Assembly: GCA_964016885.1 (NCBI GenBank)
Contig: OZ024746.1
Location: 2,356,001 to 2,420,000 of the forward strand
From: Eledone cirrhosa
Lineage: Eukaryota
Direction of reading: 5' to 3'
DNA: 64,000 nucleotides
Position numbers and translations under genes: made by a program. Under the pieces are notes generated by a model that saw nothing but the letters and a program-made list of their open reading frames with translations, was not told the DNA's origin and did no database searches. Below are positions 1-13,067 of the stretch, piece by piece (position 1 is the first letter of the stretch; the number at the start of each line of letters is the position of its first letter).

Positions 1-30
1 TGTGTTGGTATTTCTGGTTCTCTCTTTGAC

Positions 31-460
31 AGTATTGGTAGCGGGTAGGATGTCATGCTTTGATGCATAGAGTTACGGCCCTTGCCATTCTGAGTTCAAA
101 TCCCCCAAGGTTAACTTTGCCTTTCATCCTTATAGGGTCGATAAAATAAAGTACCAGTAACGCACTGGGTAATTGCTGGCCTTGTGTCTAAAGTAGAAAC
201 AATTTGTTATCTTTTATAATGTATCTACATGTGTTTCCTAGTTTATTAACATCGATCATTATTATTATTTTGGCAGTATTGGTAGAGCGTCGGACACCCT
301 GCTTCGTGGTATAGAGTTACAACCCTTTATGTTCTGAGTTCAAATCCAGCTGAGGTTAGCTTTACCTTTCATCCTTACAGTGTTGGTAAAATAAAGTATC
401 AGTCATGCACTGGGGTCGATTTAATCAACTTTCCCCTCCCCCCAAATCAGAAACCATTAT
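31..460 (+). mobile_element. Two tandem tRNA-derived SINEs with a Nin/Deu-like core
   Basis: Box A GGCAGTATTGGTAGAG, box B GAGTTCAAATCC, core GCCTTTCATCC...GGTCGATAAAATAAAGTACCAG. Confidence 0.75.
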
Positions 461-1653
461 TATTTAGTTAGAAGAGAAAGCCCCCAACGTTGTAAACTAT
501 CAGCAAGTGTCCCAGCATGATACAACTGAAATGGTAGAGAAACGTCCAGGGTTAAATGTAGGGCAATATTTACTACTTTATTTTCAAGCTCAGAATTAAA
601 ATCTTGCTAGAGTTGACTCTGTTCCTTCACTGAGCGGAGGTCAATAAATTACCAGTACTAGTAATATACTGGTGTTGATTCAATTCAATCTACACTGTAT
701 TTTCTTTGAAAATTTGCAGCTTTACTGCTAAAGTTAGAGATCAATATTTTCCTGCACTAAACATACACAGTATACTATTTTGTAGATGATATAAGAGATA
801 GTTGTTACTCATTCATCAAATGACTTTAAATACTATTAGGAAAAAAAAAAAAAAAAAAAAAAAATCATATATCGGCAGTGGAGATAGTTTAGGTTTATTT
901 AAAGACTTAGATGGTGAATTAAAAAGATAAAGTGAAACAAAAATATTTTTAATGAGGATATAAAATATTTTGTTCTTGTGATTTTGCAATTTTTGTAAGT
1001 GTTTGACATGCTTATAGGAAGTTTCTAAAATATTCTAGGATATTGCTCATGATAATGTTTGTTCAACAGTTTTAAAATGCTTCTGATACTAACAGAATTA
1101 TGAAAAATGTAATATTGCATTGAATAACATATTTTCCATCTCTTTAAGAGTATAACTATTTTTAATGAAGAAAATGTGGTCTCCCAACTTTTCTAGAATG
1201 ACAGTGGTTCTGATTAGGTTCTGTAAACAATGACATTCTCTGACAACAATAAAATATCCCCCCCCCCTCACCCAATAAAGACAGAAATATGTTAACAATG
1301 ACATTGGTTCTTAGCTTGTTATCTTTGAAGAAAGACAGGTAGCCAAGTTACTACACACGTGGTAGCAAAACCACATGGAAGCAGAAAAAGAGGTGGAAAA
1401 AAAAAGAGCAACAGAGAGATTGACAAGTCTTAGATGCTGCTGTTGTCCTCAGAATTGTCAGAGGATATCATCCTCTGACAAGAAGGTGACTCAGAGCCTG
1501 AGGAACCCTGGTCCCAAACCATAATCAATGGTAAGGACCCAGCCAACCCATGAAAGCATGGAAAAATGAACATAAAAATGATGATGATATCATGGAATAT
1601 TCCAGTAAAATTGCTGGCCTTGTGCCTAAATTAGAAACCATTATCATGATTAG

Positions 1654-1832
1654 GCAGTATCAGTAGAGGGTTGGACGCCATGTTTTGCAGCAAAGAGTTA
1701 TGGCCCTTTATGGTCTGAGTTCAAATCTCGCCGAGGTTAACTTTGCCTTTCATCTTTACGGGGTCGATAAAATAAAATACCAGTAATACACTGGGATAAT
1801 TGCTGGCATTGTGCCTAAAGTAGAAACAATTA
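1654..1832 (+). mobile_element. SINE copy
   Basis: Same family as 31-205. Confidence 0.75.
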
Positions 1833-2011
1833 TTATTATTATTAGTAGGAGTAACAGAAAGTCAGTGACATAATATTACTGACATTCCACACATGCATGC
1901 TTTACAAGTAGTAGTAGTAGCAGCAGCATTAGTAGTAGTAGCAGCAGCCGTAGAAGTAGTAGTCTTATATTGGATCCATTATATTAAAGATAGAAGCTTT
2001 AAAAATCTTAC

Positions 2012-2131
2012 CAGTACACTGATTATTATTTGCCAGATAATATCCATCTTTACAGGAACACTTGTAGCTCCCTCTAGTATTAATACAAATATGTTCACAG
2101 TCACCATTTTCTATAGAACATTCATTGATAT
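2012..2131 (-). CDS. cbEGF exon 13 (class A)
   Basis: AG/GT, 120 bp; DINECSIENGDCEHICINTRGSYKCSCKDGYYLANNNQCT; gene start and end lie outside the window. Confidence 0.95.
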
Positions 2132-2749
2132 CTACAATAAGAAATGAAAAACATTTGTATAAGTCAATCTGTTTTTATACCTCGAAGCCAATTTTGTCAA
2201 AAGATAATCAGAATGGTGATGTCATCTTACAAATATTATATTGTTGATAAAGTAAACATTGGTGTGAAAATATTTGATGAAAAAATATAAAGTGGTTATG
2301 ATTACAAACTAAGGTTTTGGTAATGTTCACTATAACAATTTCTTTTTTAGATATTTTTTCTTTTATTATACAAATGACAGAATTTTGGTATCTAATAAAA
2401 TCTTTCTTTCAAATCACTTCTTTTCTTTGCTACTTCCTTCCTTTTTTTCTTATTCTATCAGCATATAAGTATACATATATATTTATTAAAATAACAGATT
2501 AAATAAATATTTGCTCTAGAGTTCTTATATATTTGATATATATTTATCCTTATCGAGCCCTCTTTGGATTTTAGTCTTCACAGTTATTATTACTGTGCAT
2601 GCGCATGTGTGCGTGCGTGCGTGTGTGTGTGTGTAGCAATATCTGTAAATGTAACATTTCAGTTCACACAGGCATCAGAAATATACATACACACATATAT
2701 ATATATATACATGTAATTGTATATGTGTATATATATAAATATATATATA

Positions 2750-3545
2750 TAATGAAAATATTGTGTACAGTGCTCAGGTGCACTACAACTCATCAAAAGT
2801 GCATGTATAGTACATAGGGTAATGTACAAACGTCAGGAAAATGAACAGTGCATGAGTCATGATATACAGATGTGTGCATGTGTATGGAAGGGGTACATCA
2901 GGTGTAGTTTTGGCGAATTTCTGGAAGCATGAGGGTTTTAAAGGACGCAGTGTCTCGGCAGCTAACAACTGACGCAGGCAGTTTGTTCCATGCTTCAGCA
3001 ACTCTGAGCATGAAAAAATGTCTACGAAAGTCATGGGAGCTGTGCTGTTTTCTGATTTTGTAGGCATGTCCACGTGTGTTAGACACATGGAGATCAAAAA
3101 GGTGCTCAGGGTTGTTGTTGGTGAGATGGTTAATAACTTTGTGGGTGTTTACCAAGTCCATTGCCAGACGTCGGAGTTTCAATGAATCCATGCCCAGGGA
3201 AGCAAAGCGTTCAGAGTATGGTAGGTGTCTGATGGAGGGTGTGCGCTTAGCTGCACGTCCCTGAACAGTTTCCAGGAGGTCAATGTTCTGAGCAAGATAA
3301 GGGTTCCAGACTGATGATGCGAATTCCAAGTGTGGTCGTACCATAGCTGTATACAGCTTTAAATATATCGCTGCTGACAGTAATGCCCAGGTTACGTTCA
3401 CAAGAGGACTTCTTGATATCAGTGTTGTGGAGGGAGTATGTGGACGCTGGATTTTTCCTCCCCAAATGCATGGTGGTTCACTTGTCCACAGCCAGCTTCA
3501 GTTGCCAGTCTGTGATCCATTGCTGCATTGTGTCCAGGTCTGATT
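2750..3545 (-). mobile_element. CR1/L2-group LINE 3' fragment
   Basis: LYTAMVRPHLEFASSVWNPY...TRGH...FFMLRVAEAWNKLP; the 3' UTR recurs at 4985-5162 and 5455-5677. Confidence 0.85.
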
Positions 3546-3609
3546 GATAATTGTAGTATTTTGTTTTGACATTACTGAATTTTTTAAAGTAATTTCAGAA
3601 GATTTTTAC

Positions 3610-3729
3610 CTAAACAATCTGTACCATTCACAATTCTGTAACCAGGATTGCAGGAACAATTGTAACTTCCATCCAAGTTTATACAATTTTGTTGGCAGCC
3701 GCTCTCTCTGGTGGAGCATTCATTTATGT
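3610..3729 (-). CDS. cbEGF exon 12 (class D)
   Basis: AG/GT, 120 bp; DINECSTRESGCQQNCINLDGSYNCSCNPGYRIVNGTDCL. Confidence 0.95.
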
Positions 3730-4162
3730 CTAGAAGAGAAGATTTTAAGAAGAAATTACATTAACTAGTATATAGCCTATTGTTTCGTGAATAACTGATG
3801 TTTGTAGATTGTCTATCATCATCCTTTTTATGTCCATTTTTACATGAATCTTTTTGAGGCAATATTCTATGGCCCATCCTGATGCCAACCTGCAATTCTT
3901 TTTAAAATCAGCTACAAATTTTTACATGTCTAATTGCTGAGACATGAGACTTCTATCTATGTTAGACATGTTAAATATAAAACACACACACACACACACA
4001 CACACACAAATAAATAGATAAGAATGATGAAGAAATTTAAGATATTTAATTATTCTTACAAATATTTCGACAAAATTAATATGAAATATGGCAAGAATTT
4101 TGCTTAAGCTATATTTTTGATATATAGAAATATATCTATATACCATATAATCTGAGCATTAA

Positions 4163-4386
4163 CCCTTTCATGACCACATTTCTAATGAAATACACTCAAT
4201 TAATTAATGAAGAATTTTGAATGATTTACTAAAATTATTTATTTCATTATCATAATAATAACTTAATGTGAGGTTCTTATATAAAATTATGTTGGAAGAT
4301 TTTAATTCAAATTGGAAACATTTAAAATGGGTAGTTTTTGTTTCATAGATCCAGAGCTGGTTTTGGCCAGGTTGGTAACTAAAGGG
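4163..4386. mobile_element. piggyBac-like MITE
   Basis: TTAA|CCCTTT...AAAGGG|TTAA; relatives at 18435-18720, about 18115-18345 (inverted), 52915-53141 and about 63050-63292. Confidence 0.75.
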
Positions 4387-4637
4387 TTAAATTTATTAAT
4401 TTACCTTAATACTTAATTTCACGTCACTCATGTATTTTCAGAGACTTGATAAAATATAAAAATGTTGGAGTAGAAAATATCCTGGAGAAAAACATCCAAA
4501 AATTGATGAAAATATACACTATTTTCTCTATAGTGTATATAATTGAAATATACACTATTTTCTATAATTATATATATATATATATGTATAATATCAATAA
4601 TATTAATAAATGGAAAGTATCTTTATAAAACCATATT

Positions 4638-4698
4638 TATTTTATTATATGTATTTCAAGGGTACTAATATTTAAGTACCCTTTCGTCAGATAAAATA
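4638..4698 (-). ncRNA. Minimal type I hammerhead ribozyme (Penelope-type)
   Basis: UAUUUUAU-CUGACGA-AAGGGUACU(loop)AGUACCCUU-GAAA-UACAUAUA-AUAAAAUA: 8-bp stem I, 9-bp stem II, minimal stem III; degenerate mirror copy at about 4903-4957 (+). Confidence 0.7.
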
Positions 4699-4971
4699 CA
4701 ATAATTGGTGTCAAGATAGTGACATATCTTCATGTAAACTTCATGTTATAAGTTTACATGAAGATAGTGAATATAATCTTTCAAAACTCAGGGGAAATAT
4801 TCTAATGAGGATAACATTTTGAAAAATTATATTCCCTATCTTCACTAAACTTATAACATGAAGTTCACATGAAGTATGTCACTATTTTTACACCAATTAT
4901 TGTATTTTATCTGACGAAAGCATACTTTAATATTAGTACCCTTGAAATAATAAAATAAATATGGTTTATAA

Positions 4972-5162
4972 TAATAATAATAATGAAATATTGTGTACAG
5001 TGCTCAGGTGCACTACAACTCATCAAAAGTGTATGTATAGTACATAGGGTAATGTACAAACATCAGGAAAATGAACAGTGCATGAGTCATGATACACACA
5101 TGTGTGCATGTGTATGGAAGGGGTACATCAGGTGTAGTTTTGGCGTATTTCGGGAAGCATGA
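4972..5162 (-). mobile_element. Short 3' copy of the CR1-like LINE
   Basis: Near-identical to 2752-2933, with an (ATT)n tail. Confidence 0.85.
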
Positions 5163-5454
5163 GTTTATAAAGATATTTTCCATTTATTAATATTATTGAT
5201 ATATATATATAATGAATGACATCTTTTAAGTCAAGTACCCATGACCCTTTTCAGGGCCTTCAAGGCATACAGGGGTGAAAGATATTCTTAGAGTAGAGAC
5301 CTAGTTTAAATGTTTGAAACAGACACTACAAGTTACATGAGGTCAGATGGTGACTTTAGACTGACTGATTGATTAAGTCTGGACGATGCCCATAATATAC
5401 TTCCTTAGTTTCTGTCAACTAAAGTCCACTCACAAAGATTTTTGTATATAAAAT

Positions 5455-5677
5455 AATGAAAATTATTGTGTACCGTGCTCAGGTGCACTACAGCTCATCA
5501 AAGGTGCATGTATAGTACATAGAATAATGTACAAAAGTCAAGAAAGTGAACAGCATATAAGCCATGATCTACACACAGATACACACACACTAATACATGA
5601 ATGTGTATGGAGGGGGAATATCAGGTGTAGTGTTGGTGAATTTCAGAAAGCATGGAAGTATTAAAGGATGCAGTGTC
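5455..5677 (-). mobile_element. Older 3' copy of the CR1-like LINE
   Basis: Diverged match to 2752-2953. Confidence 0.75.
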
Positions 5678-6499
5678 AACCTCAAAATATGATAGATAAC
5701 ATTCACCTAAGCTACTCTGCAGTAGGATTGAACTCAAAACCACAGAGTTGTTGAGCAAGATTCTCAACTACATGGCAATTGCTGTAACAGTTTACAAACA
5801 GTGTAGAAAATATGAATTACAGTAGAAATATAATACTAGTACACTTTGAATGTTCAAATCTCAATTCTTGATTGATTATTGATGAGTATTGATCAGAGGT
5901 TGTCAACAAAATTCCTTTTGAATAGAGTATAATTTTCCAACATTTCTCAGAAAAATATTAGATATGTACGTGCATGTATGTATGATGTATGTATGTGTGT
6001 ACGTGAATGGGTGTGTATGTGTGCGTATATGTAAGTGTATATGTGTAAGTGTATATGTATGTATGTGTGTGTGTATGTATATATGTGTATGTATGTGTGT
6101 ATGTATGTATGTGTATATGTAAGTATATGTATGAGTAAATTCCGGTGATCAATGTAACGAGAATGATATAAAATCAGATTTAATATTTAACCAATATTGT
6201 TGAAATTTGGAAATTTTGAATAAAGAAGAAAATTCCCAGAATAAATGAATAAATAAATAACTATTTCCTGGACGAGATAGGTAGGTAGAAATTTATAGGT
6301 GTTAAGTCTTTCATGCTGGTTTCTACCTGAGATGAGGGGATGACATATTTTCTATAATTCATAAATTATTTTGACAATTTCATATATTTTTGATGATAAT
6401 GGATGAAGTGATGATAGAAGAGTGAAGGAGAGGGAAAAAGAGGAGAAGAAAGAAGAAAAAGGAGGCGAATAATAATAATAATAATAATGGTTTCTTTAT

Positions 6500-8018
6500 A
6501 ATAATAATAATGATTTCTTTATTGACCACACGGGCTGACATCAAGAAAAACATTACAGACGGCACAAGACGGTACAATGTGGGTTTTGTGCGTGTAAATA
6601 TTTTTATTATTTATATAAGAAAAGAAAAAAAAGGACATAGAAACATATATATATATATAAACAATAAAAATGAAAATTGAAACAATGAAACCACACAAAA
6701 GACCACGGCCACCCAGACCACCAGGGCAAGCGCCCTCTCTCAATTTTTCCATTTCTCAAACTACAGATGTATATTCAGAGTGGTCCCGTTCACTCGGACC
6801 ATTCTCGCTACATTCACCCACCTTTCAACAAACTTGCTAGAAGGCAGCACTTGCCTCTCCACCCTGATTTTCCTCTTCAAGTGAAACTTGAAAAAGTTAA
6901 TCAGGGATTCGCCGAAGCGGAAAGTGTTTGTCTTTAATCCTTTTAACCTTGTCCACCACACAATCTCTTTCGCCATGGCCACCAGGCAGATGAAAACCAC
7001 CTGCCCTTCCTCCTCGAAGGAAGACGGCGAGACCATCTGCATAATGGACTTAGTCGACAACCAGATCAGTCCCACACGTGACAGAAACTGTTCGACATAG
7101 CTCCACAAGTCAGCAATGCTCGGGCACTGAACGAGTGCGTGCACGACGGTTTCGTCGCTCTGCACGCATCTCGGACAGGCTCGGCTGACGGCACTTCCGT
7201 GCTTGTAGAGCTTATCTCGAACCGGCGGGGCTCCCCGGTAGCACTGCCAGGCCAGGGATTTTTGGAAGTTATCCATAGGCCCTGGGCTGAAAGTTCTCCG
7301 GAAGAGAGCAAACAGCTGATCTTCTTCGACGCCCAGAATCTCTCTGAGAATGTTGTCGCTCTTCCCCTCCACTAGTCTTCTATAGAACACCGAGGTGGAT
7401 GTTCCACCGATACTGGTGCCCAGCTGGGAGAGGGCAGTGAGTGGCTGGAGACATTCCAGTTTCCAAGCGCTATCCCTCGGGTCTTTTTCTGACCCAGGAC
7501 TGCAGCTCCGTCAACGAGACGAGCTGTGGGAAAACATGCCTGGTGAACGGCGACCACACCTGTTCACCATCAAGGAAGCACGAGAGATGTCGCAGCCTCA
7601 GCGCATGTTTGCGCATCATCAGCCATGGCATGCCCAGTCCTCCACGCAACGGGTGTTGACAGCAGATGGATCGTCTGACCATGAGAGCGCGTCCCTTCCA
7701 CAAAAAGCGGAAGAAGAGGCGCTCCATTTTGGTGAGAGTTGGGCCGGGGCAAGGGACTACAGTGAGGCGGTAGCAGATGACGGATGCGATGTACGCATTC
7801 ACCACCTCCGCCCGGCCTTTCAGGGACAGCTTCCTCTCGGCCCATTTCTGGGTGAGGGAGGCCACCTTGCTTGTCACCTCGTTCCAGTTTGTCTCCATCT
7901 GGAGGTCCGGTCCGAACCAGACCCCGAGCAATTTAACCGGTCCATCCGTCCAACGGCCCACAATGCTGTTGGACGGCATGGACTTGCCTCTCCAGGTGCC
8001 GAGCTGCAAACCCACCGA
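6500..8018 (-). mobile_element. L1/Tx1-clade LINE 3' fragment
   Basis: ORFs 7470..8015 (VKLLGVWF, RKLSLKGRAEVVN, GGLGMP) and 6761..7390 (CPRC-x4-ETVVHALVQC zinc knuckle), frameshifted; GC-rich island with an (ATT)n-type tail. Confidence 0.85.
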
Positions 8019-10706
8019 CTAATAATAATAACAAAAGCAGATAGGAAGACATAATGCATGGAAATGGAGAAGAAAAAGAAGAAAAGAAAGAAGCTGAAGA
8101 AAAGAAAGAAACATTTGTAGAATGGCGTCAGACCAGTGTTATTTGCAGAAGATAGGGAAATCAAATTATTTCAGCTTTAGAAAATAAGGAAATAATGTTT
8201 TAAGTCAATGGAGAGAAATGTTTTTATATTTTTCACTTGTGATAAATATATATATATATATATACTTTTCATTTATATATATATATATATATATATCCTT
8301 GCCAGTAGAGAGGATGGGCGTTAAAAGGATGATATATATATATATAAATATATATATATAAATATATATATAACTGCTGATTATTTCAACAAATTTCAGA
8401 ATAAAGAAATGTTAACTTGACACAGTGAAGTCTCACAGCTGGAACTCTGAAGAAGAATATCTAACATTTTACTGCAGCACAAACTTACATACAAGACAAA
8501 TTACCAGAAAAAAGGTAATGCTATTGATAGAAGCCCATGGTATATTATAGATGCTATAACTGTGTTCAACATTTAGTAACAGACTCGACATCGGGTATTC
8601 TCCAGCCTCAAAAGAGAGATCACTCCGATATTATTGAATTTATCTCCCTTGATAATTATATGTATATTTTATTGGTTATTATGATGCCTGTGTGCAAAGT
8701 ACAATGTTGCATGGCAGTGAAACATGGGCAGTGACGAAAGAAGGCATGTGTAGACTAGAGAGATTTGAAGCAGCCAAGCTTCACTGGATGTCATCATCAT
8801 CATCATTTCATTTTTACGTCCGCTTTTCCCGGCTTGTAAGGGTGGGACGGGAACTGATTCTGGCTTGATTTCTACAGCTGGATGCCCTTCCTAACACCAA
8901 CCTCATTTACAGTGAGTGCTGGGTGCTTTTTTTGCTGTGGCACCTCCATGGGCAATGTGATACTCATCACTGAAACCAACAGAGGTTTATTTTATTTAAT
9001 TAATCACTTTAAAGACAATAATAATATGTACTAGGTAACAAGCTGTTTCATTGCCTTCATTTTAGCATCCATTTCACATTGTCTTAGCCTTCTTATACAT
9101 ATTTTCTACATTATATACTTTAAATACAGTTTACTACAAGTAAATCAAACATTTATCACACTTTTCCACAGTTATCCTCACAGAATAAGTGGTCGAAATA
9201 TATGTTTGCAAACTACTGGGTGAACATTGATTTCTAATTTATGGTGGAAAGTTTTGCAATAATTTGATGCCTACTTGGCTCTGTGAGTTAAGAAATAACA
9301 AGTGTCATTTTTGAAATTTGAACTGAAATCAAAACAAACAAGGCAAACTGAAGCCAGAATAATACAATAAATAACATGGTGACATTTTGACTTGGATGAT
9401 GATGATGAATTAATTTGATGACAAATTGATTGATGACAATTTGACTTGCTGATGAATCCAACCAGAGACAGATTGACTGAAAACTACTTGTCCTAAAGCC
9501 TAATCAACAGAAGGAATCTCACACCATCACATCCATCTTGAATAATTAACTTATTATAAACCTTAGAGTTAGAGTAGAAGTATCGAGATGTACCAGTAAC
9601 GTTAAATGTTAAATTTCCAACATCAATGTTATGAGTTCAACTCCTAGCAAAGTTGGTTTTTATTTTTTTTATTGATGAAGGGGATAGAGAGATGACAAAA
9701 CAAATAATACTTGTTGCTGTTAAACACTGATTGAGCAAATCTATGATCAAATACATTCTAGATAGGACCATCCCATCTTTTTCTCAGGCATTGTATTTCT
9801 AGGACTATGTTAGCCAATGTGTCTCTCCCTTTTCAATATAGTAGAGTGCTTGTCAAAGGAAATTTGGCTGATATTTCTAGAATGTTGAACAAGTAGTAGA
9901 GAAGTTGAGATTTTATGACTGGCTTACTAAATACTGGGTACTAAGATGGATTCAGTCTTCTAATACTGCCACCTTTACAAAAACTAGCTTTTACAAAGAC
10001 AAGAATATTCCAACTGTCATTTCACATTCCAGTAGAAATTGTTAGGTATATTCCTACAAGTAGACATGTTTGGTGCCATAAAAGACAACCACATGAAAAA
10101 TGAGCCACAGATGAAACCTCTACATGGTCATTAGCCTTTTTAGAAACATAAACCAACATCTCCTGTAAATCCCACCCCACAGTCTTAAAATTGGAAGGTC
10201 ATATTAGACAATGTGGTACTATATACTTCTGAAATACAAGTTGTTTAAAACTGGAACATTTTTTATCATAGGTTTGCTGCATCAAGGTTGACCTGGGGTT
10301 AAAAAACCAATAATAGCAGCTAGCTGAGGGATTGCTAGTTCATATCCTGTAACAGGCAACATATTAGGTTACATGCCAAAACATAGTAAAACTCAGTTGT
10401 CATCTAACAGCAAATTAGGGGTATAATTTAATATGGAATCAACAGGTTGTGATGTTGAGTTCAATTCCTTTGCAGAAAAATTTTATTAGCAACAGGATCA
10501 TTTACCTCTCATTTACTTATCTTTCATCTATAGAAACTAGAAATAAGCTGTAGTCCTATGAATCATTGTAATTCAGAAATGTATCAGCTGGCTCCCTAGT
10601 GATAATATTAGAGAAATCACTCCAGTCTATTTCTGTTTTCTTTTCACTGAATTACTAAAACATCCGGATGTCACTTTCTCTCCATTTCGTTAAAATTGTG
10701 TGTGTG

Positions 10707-10788
<82 letters not shown>

Positions 10789-10934
10789 TAACCATTTGTT
10801 TTCATAGTATTTTTATAGTTATCTACTATAATGTTTGAAGGTTAAAAGTCTGATTAAGTTATGTCTGGAATTGGATTAAGAGAAAATAAAAAAGATCAAG
10901 AGATTGAGAGGAGAGAATTGTTCGATAAACTTAC

Positions 10935-11054
10935 CACGACATTGTTTAAAATTCAGCTTCTGGTAGCCAGCATAACATGTGCATGTATAACTGCCAGCAA
11001 AGTTACTGCAGTTATGTTGGCAGCCACCATTTTTAGTTGAGCATTCATCAATGT
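10935..11054 (-). CDS. cbEGF exon 11 (class C)
   Basis: AG/GT, 120 bp; [40 protein letters not shown]. Confidence 0.95.
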
Positions 11055-12299
11055 CTGTAAAATTTAAGAATATCTATTTGTTGATTCCTCACACAAACTG
11101 GTGCAACAAAGAGTGTTAATTTCTTTTCCATGCTGTAAAGTGGTTGGTGATAGGAACGGCATCCAGCTGTAGAAATCCATATAAAGAGTTGGGAGGACCT
11201 TCAGTTGTATCAATAGCATGACAACTTCTCCTGAGCATTTGATGGAATGCGAGACCGTACATAAGCCCACAGATCCCTGGCCTGTCTGGGAGATCAGTGG
11301 CTTCACTTCAGTACTGACTCGATTTATATGGACTGGCCCAAACCTTGCCAGCAGGAAAGCAGACATTAAAATGACGATGATGATGATGGTCAGAGATATG
11401 AAAGGGGGGGGGGGATCAGCCATACTCATCACTGCCCAAAAATCTGATATCTGTTCCTTATAGAAATGTAGAATAAAGAGTCCAGAAACACCAAAAGGCT
11501 TGCAGTAGATTTGAACAAACCCTTAATTCATATCCACTTAACCACTTGTGGCCTTGTGCCTTTGTTAATAAGGGTTATTCCTGATCCTCCTCTTCTTCTT
11601 CTTGTTGGATGGAGTGTGTAGCAGTGTCATCATCATCATCATCACTGGCTGACAACTCCTGGTGGGGTTGTAGGGGCAAATTCTGATATACGACATGTCT
11701 TGGGCATTTAAACCCTGGCAGAGACTATCAACTCTCCAGGTCTTAACATAGCTGAGAGAGAGAGAGAGAGAGAGAGAGAGGAGGATAAGACCCCAGTACT
11801 GAACTGGTAATTCTTTTATCGACCTTAAAAGGATGAAAAGCAAAGTTGACCCCGACTTTGAACTCAGAGTGTAGGGAGTTGTAACAACTACTGCAAAGGA
11901 TTTTAACAATCATTCAGCACCTATCATCATCATCAACTCCAATACTATTTATTATACATATAGTTATCATCACCACCACCACCACCACCACCGTGAGTTC
12001 TAATCCCACCAAGGTCAACTTTGGGGGGTTGATAAAATAAAGTACCAGTCAAGAACTGGCGTCAGTATAATTGACTTACTCTTCCTCCAAAGTTACTGGC
12101 CTTGTGCCTTAAGTAGAAATCCTTATGTGGACCCTTACCAGCAACACCACCACCACCATCACTATAGATGTGATTATTACCACTATTATCATCATTATCT
12201 ACATTGATGACAATGATAGCAACAAGCTGATAATGGTGAACATGGTTATCAATGGTAAACATGAGTGACAATGACAATAATGAGATAATGTTGACAGTA

Positions 12300-12506
12300 T
12301 GACAATGATATATTGTAATGATAATGGGAACAATGATGATGACAATGTTGATAATGTTGATGATGATGATGATGATGATGCTGATAATGTTGATAATGTT
12401 GATAATGTCGATAATGTCGATAATAATGATAATGATAATGATGATAATGATAATGATGATAATGATAATGATGATAATGATAATGATGATGATAATGATA
12501 ATGATA

Positions 12507-12550
<44 letters not shown>

Positions 12551-12725
12551 AATGGTGATAATGATAATGATGATAATGATAATGATGATGATGTTGATGA
12601 TGATGATGATGATGATGATGATTAATGTGTTGTTGGAAAAATTATGGTGGTAGCAGGTGAGGATAATAATTGTGATGATGATGGTGATGATGATGATGAA
12701 GAGGATGAAGATAATGATGCTGATG
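12300..12725. repeat. (GAT/AAT)n microsatellite
   Basis: Directly visible; other microsatellites include (TA)n at 10710, 27225 and 56260, (GA)n at 47415, (CAC)n at 62550 and (GAT)n at 15540. Confidence 0.95.
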
Positions 12726-12819
12726 TCTTCATTGCTATTATTTTCAGTTGTCAATTGAATAATTAATGCTTGAATATTTTGAAGAGTGAGACCATAAATT
12801 CTATGACAATTAAACTTAC

Positions 12820-12942
12820 CAACACACTGTTTCCCATTCTCCATCAGCCGGTAGCCTGTCTTACATTGACATTGATAAGTTCCAATAGAGTTCTCACAAA
12901 GATGTTGACAGCCGCCATTTTCTCTTGAACATTCATCAATAT
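12820..12942 (-). CDS. cbEGF exon 10 (class B, 123 bp)
   Basis: AG/GT; [41 protein letters not shown]. Confidence 0.95.
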
Positions 12943-13067
12943 CTTAACAAGAAAACAGAATAATTACAGAATTATTACAAACAGCATTTACTTACTCTTT
13001 AATAACAACAATAACAACAAAGAAGAGAAATTGAACCAATAATCACTGCATAGATGTGTTACATTTC

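Larger units (their letters stand above)
4570..5210. mobile_element. Head-to-head inverted Penelope-like terminal fragments in (TA)n, right arm interrupted by a CR1-like 3' fragment
   Basis: 4570-4783 is the reverse complement of 4818-4970 plus 5163-5210; hammerhead motif in both arms. Confidence 0.7.

Noticed and set aside
272-350. tRNA gene
   Set aside because: Box A and B are present but there is no cloverleaf; it is the SINE head, repeated many times
12062-12844. 260-aa poly-Ile ORF and the poly-Asp/Met ORFs
   Set aside because: Read-through from EGF exon 10 into a (GAT/AAT)n microsatellite
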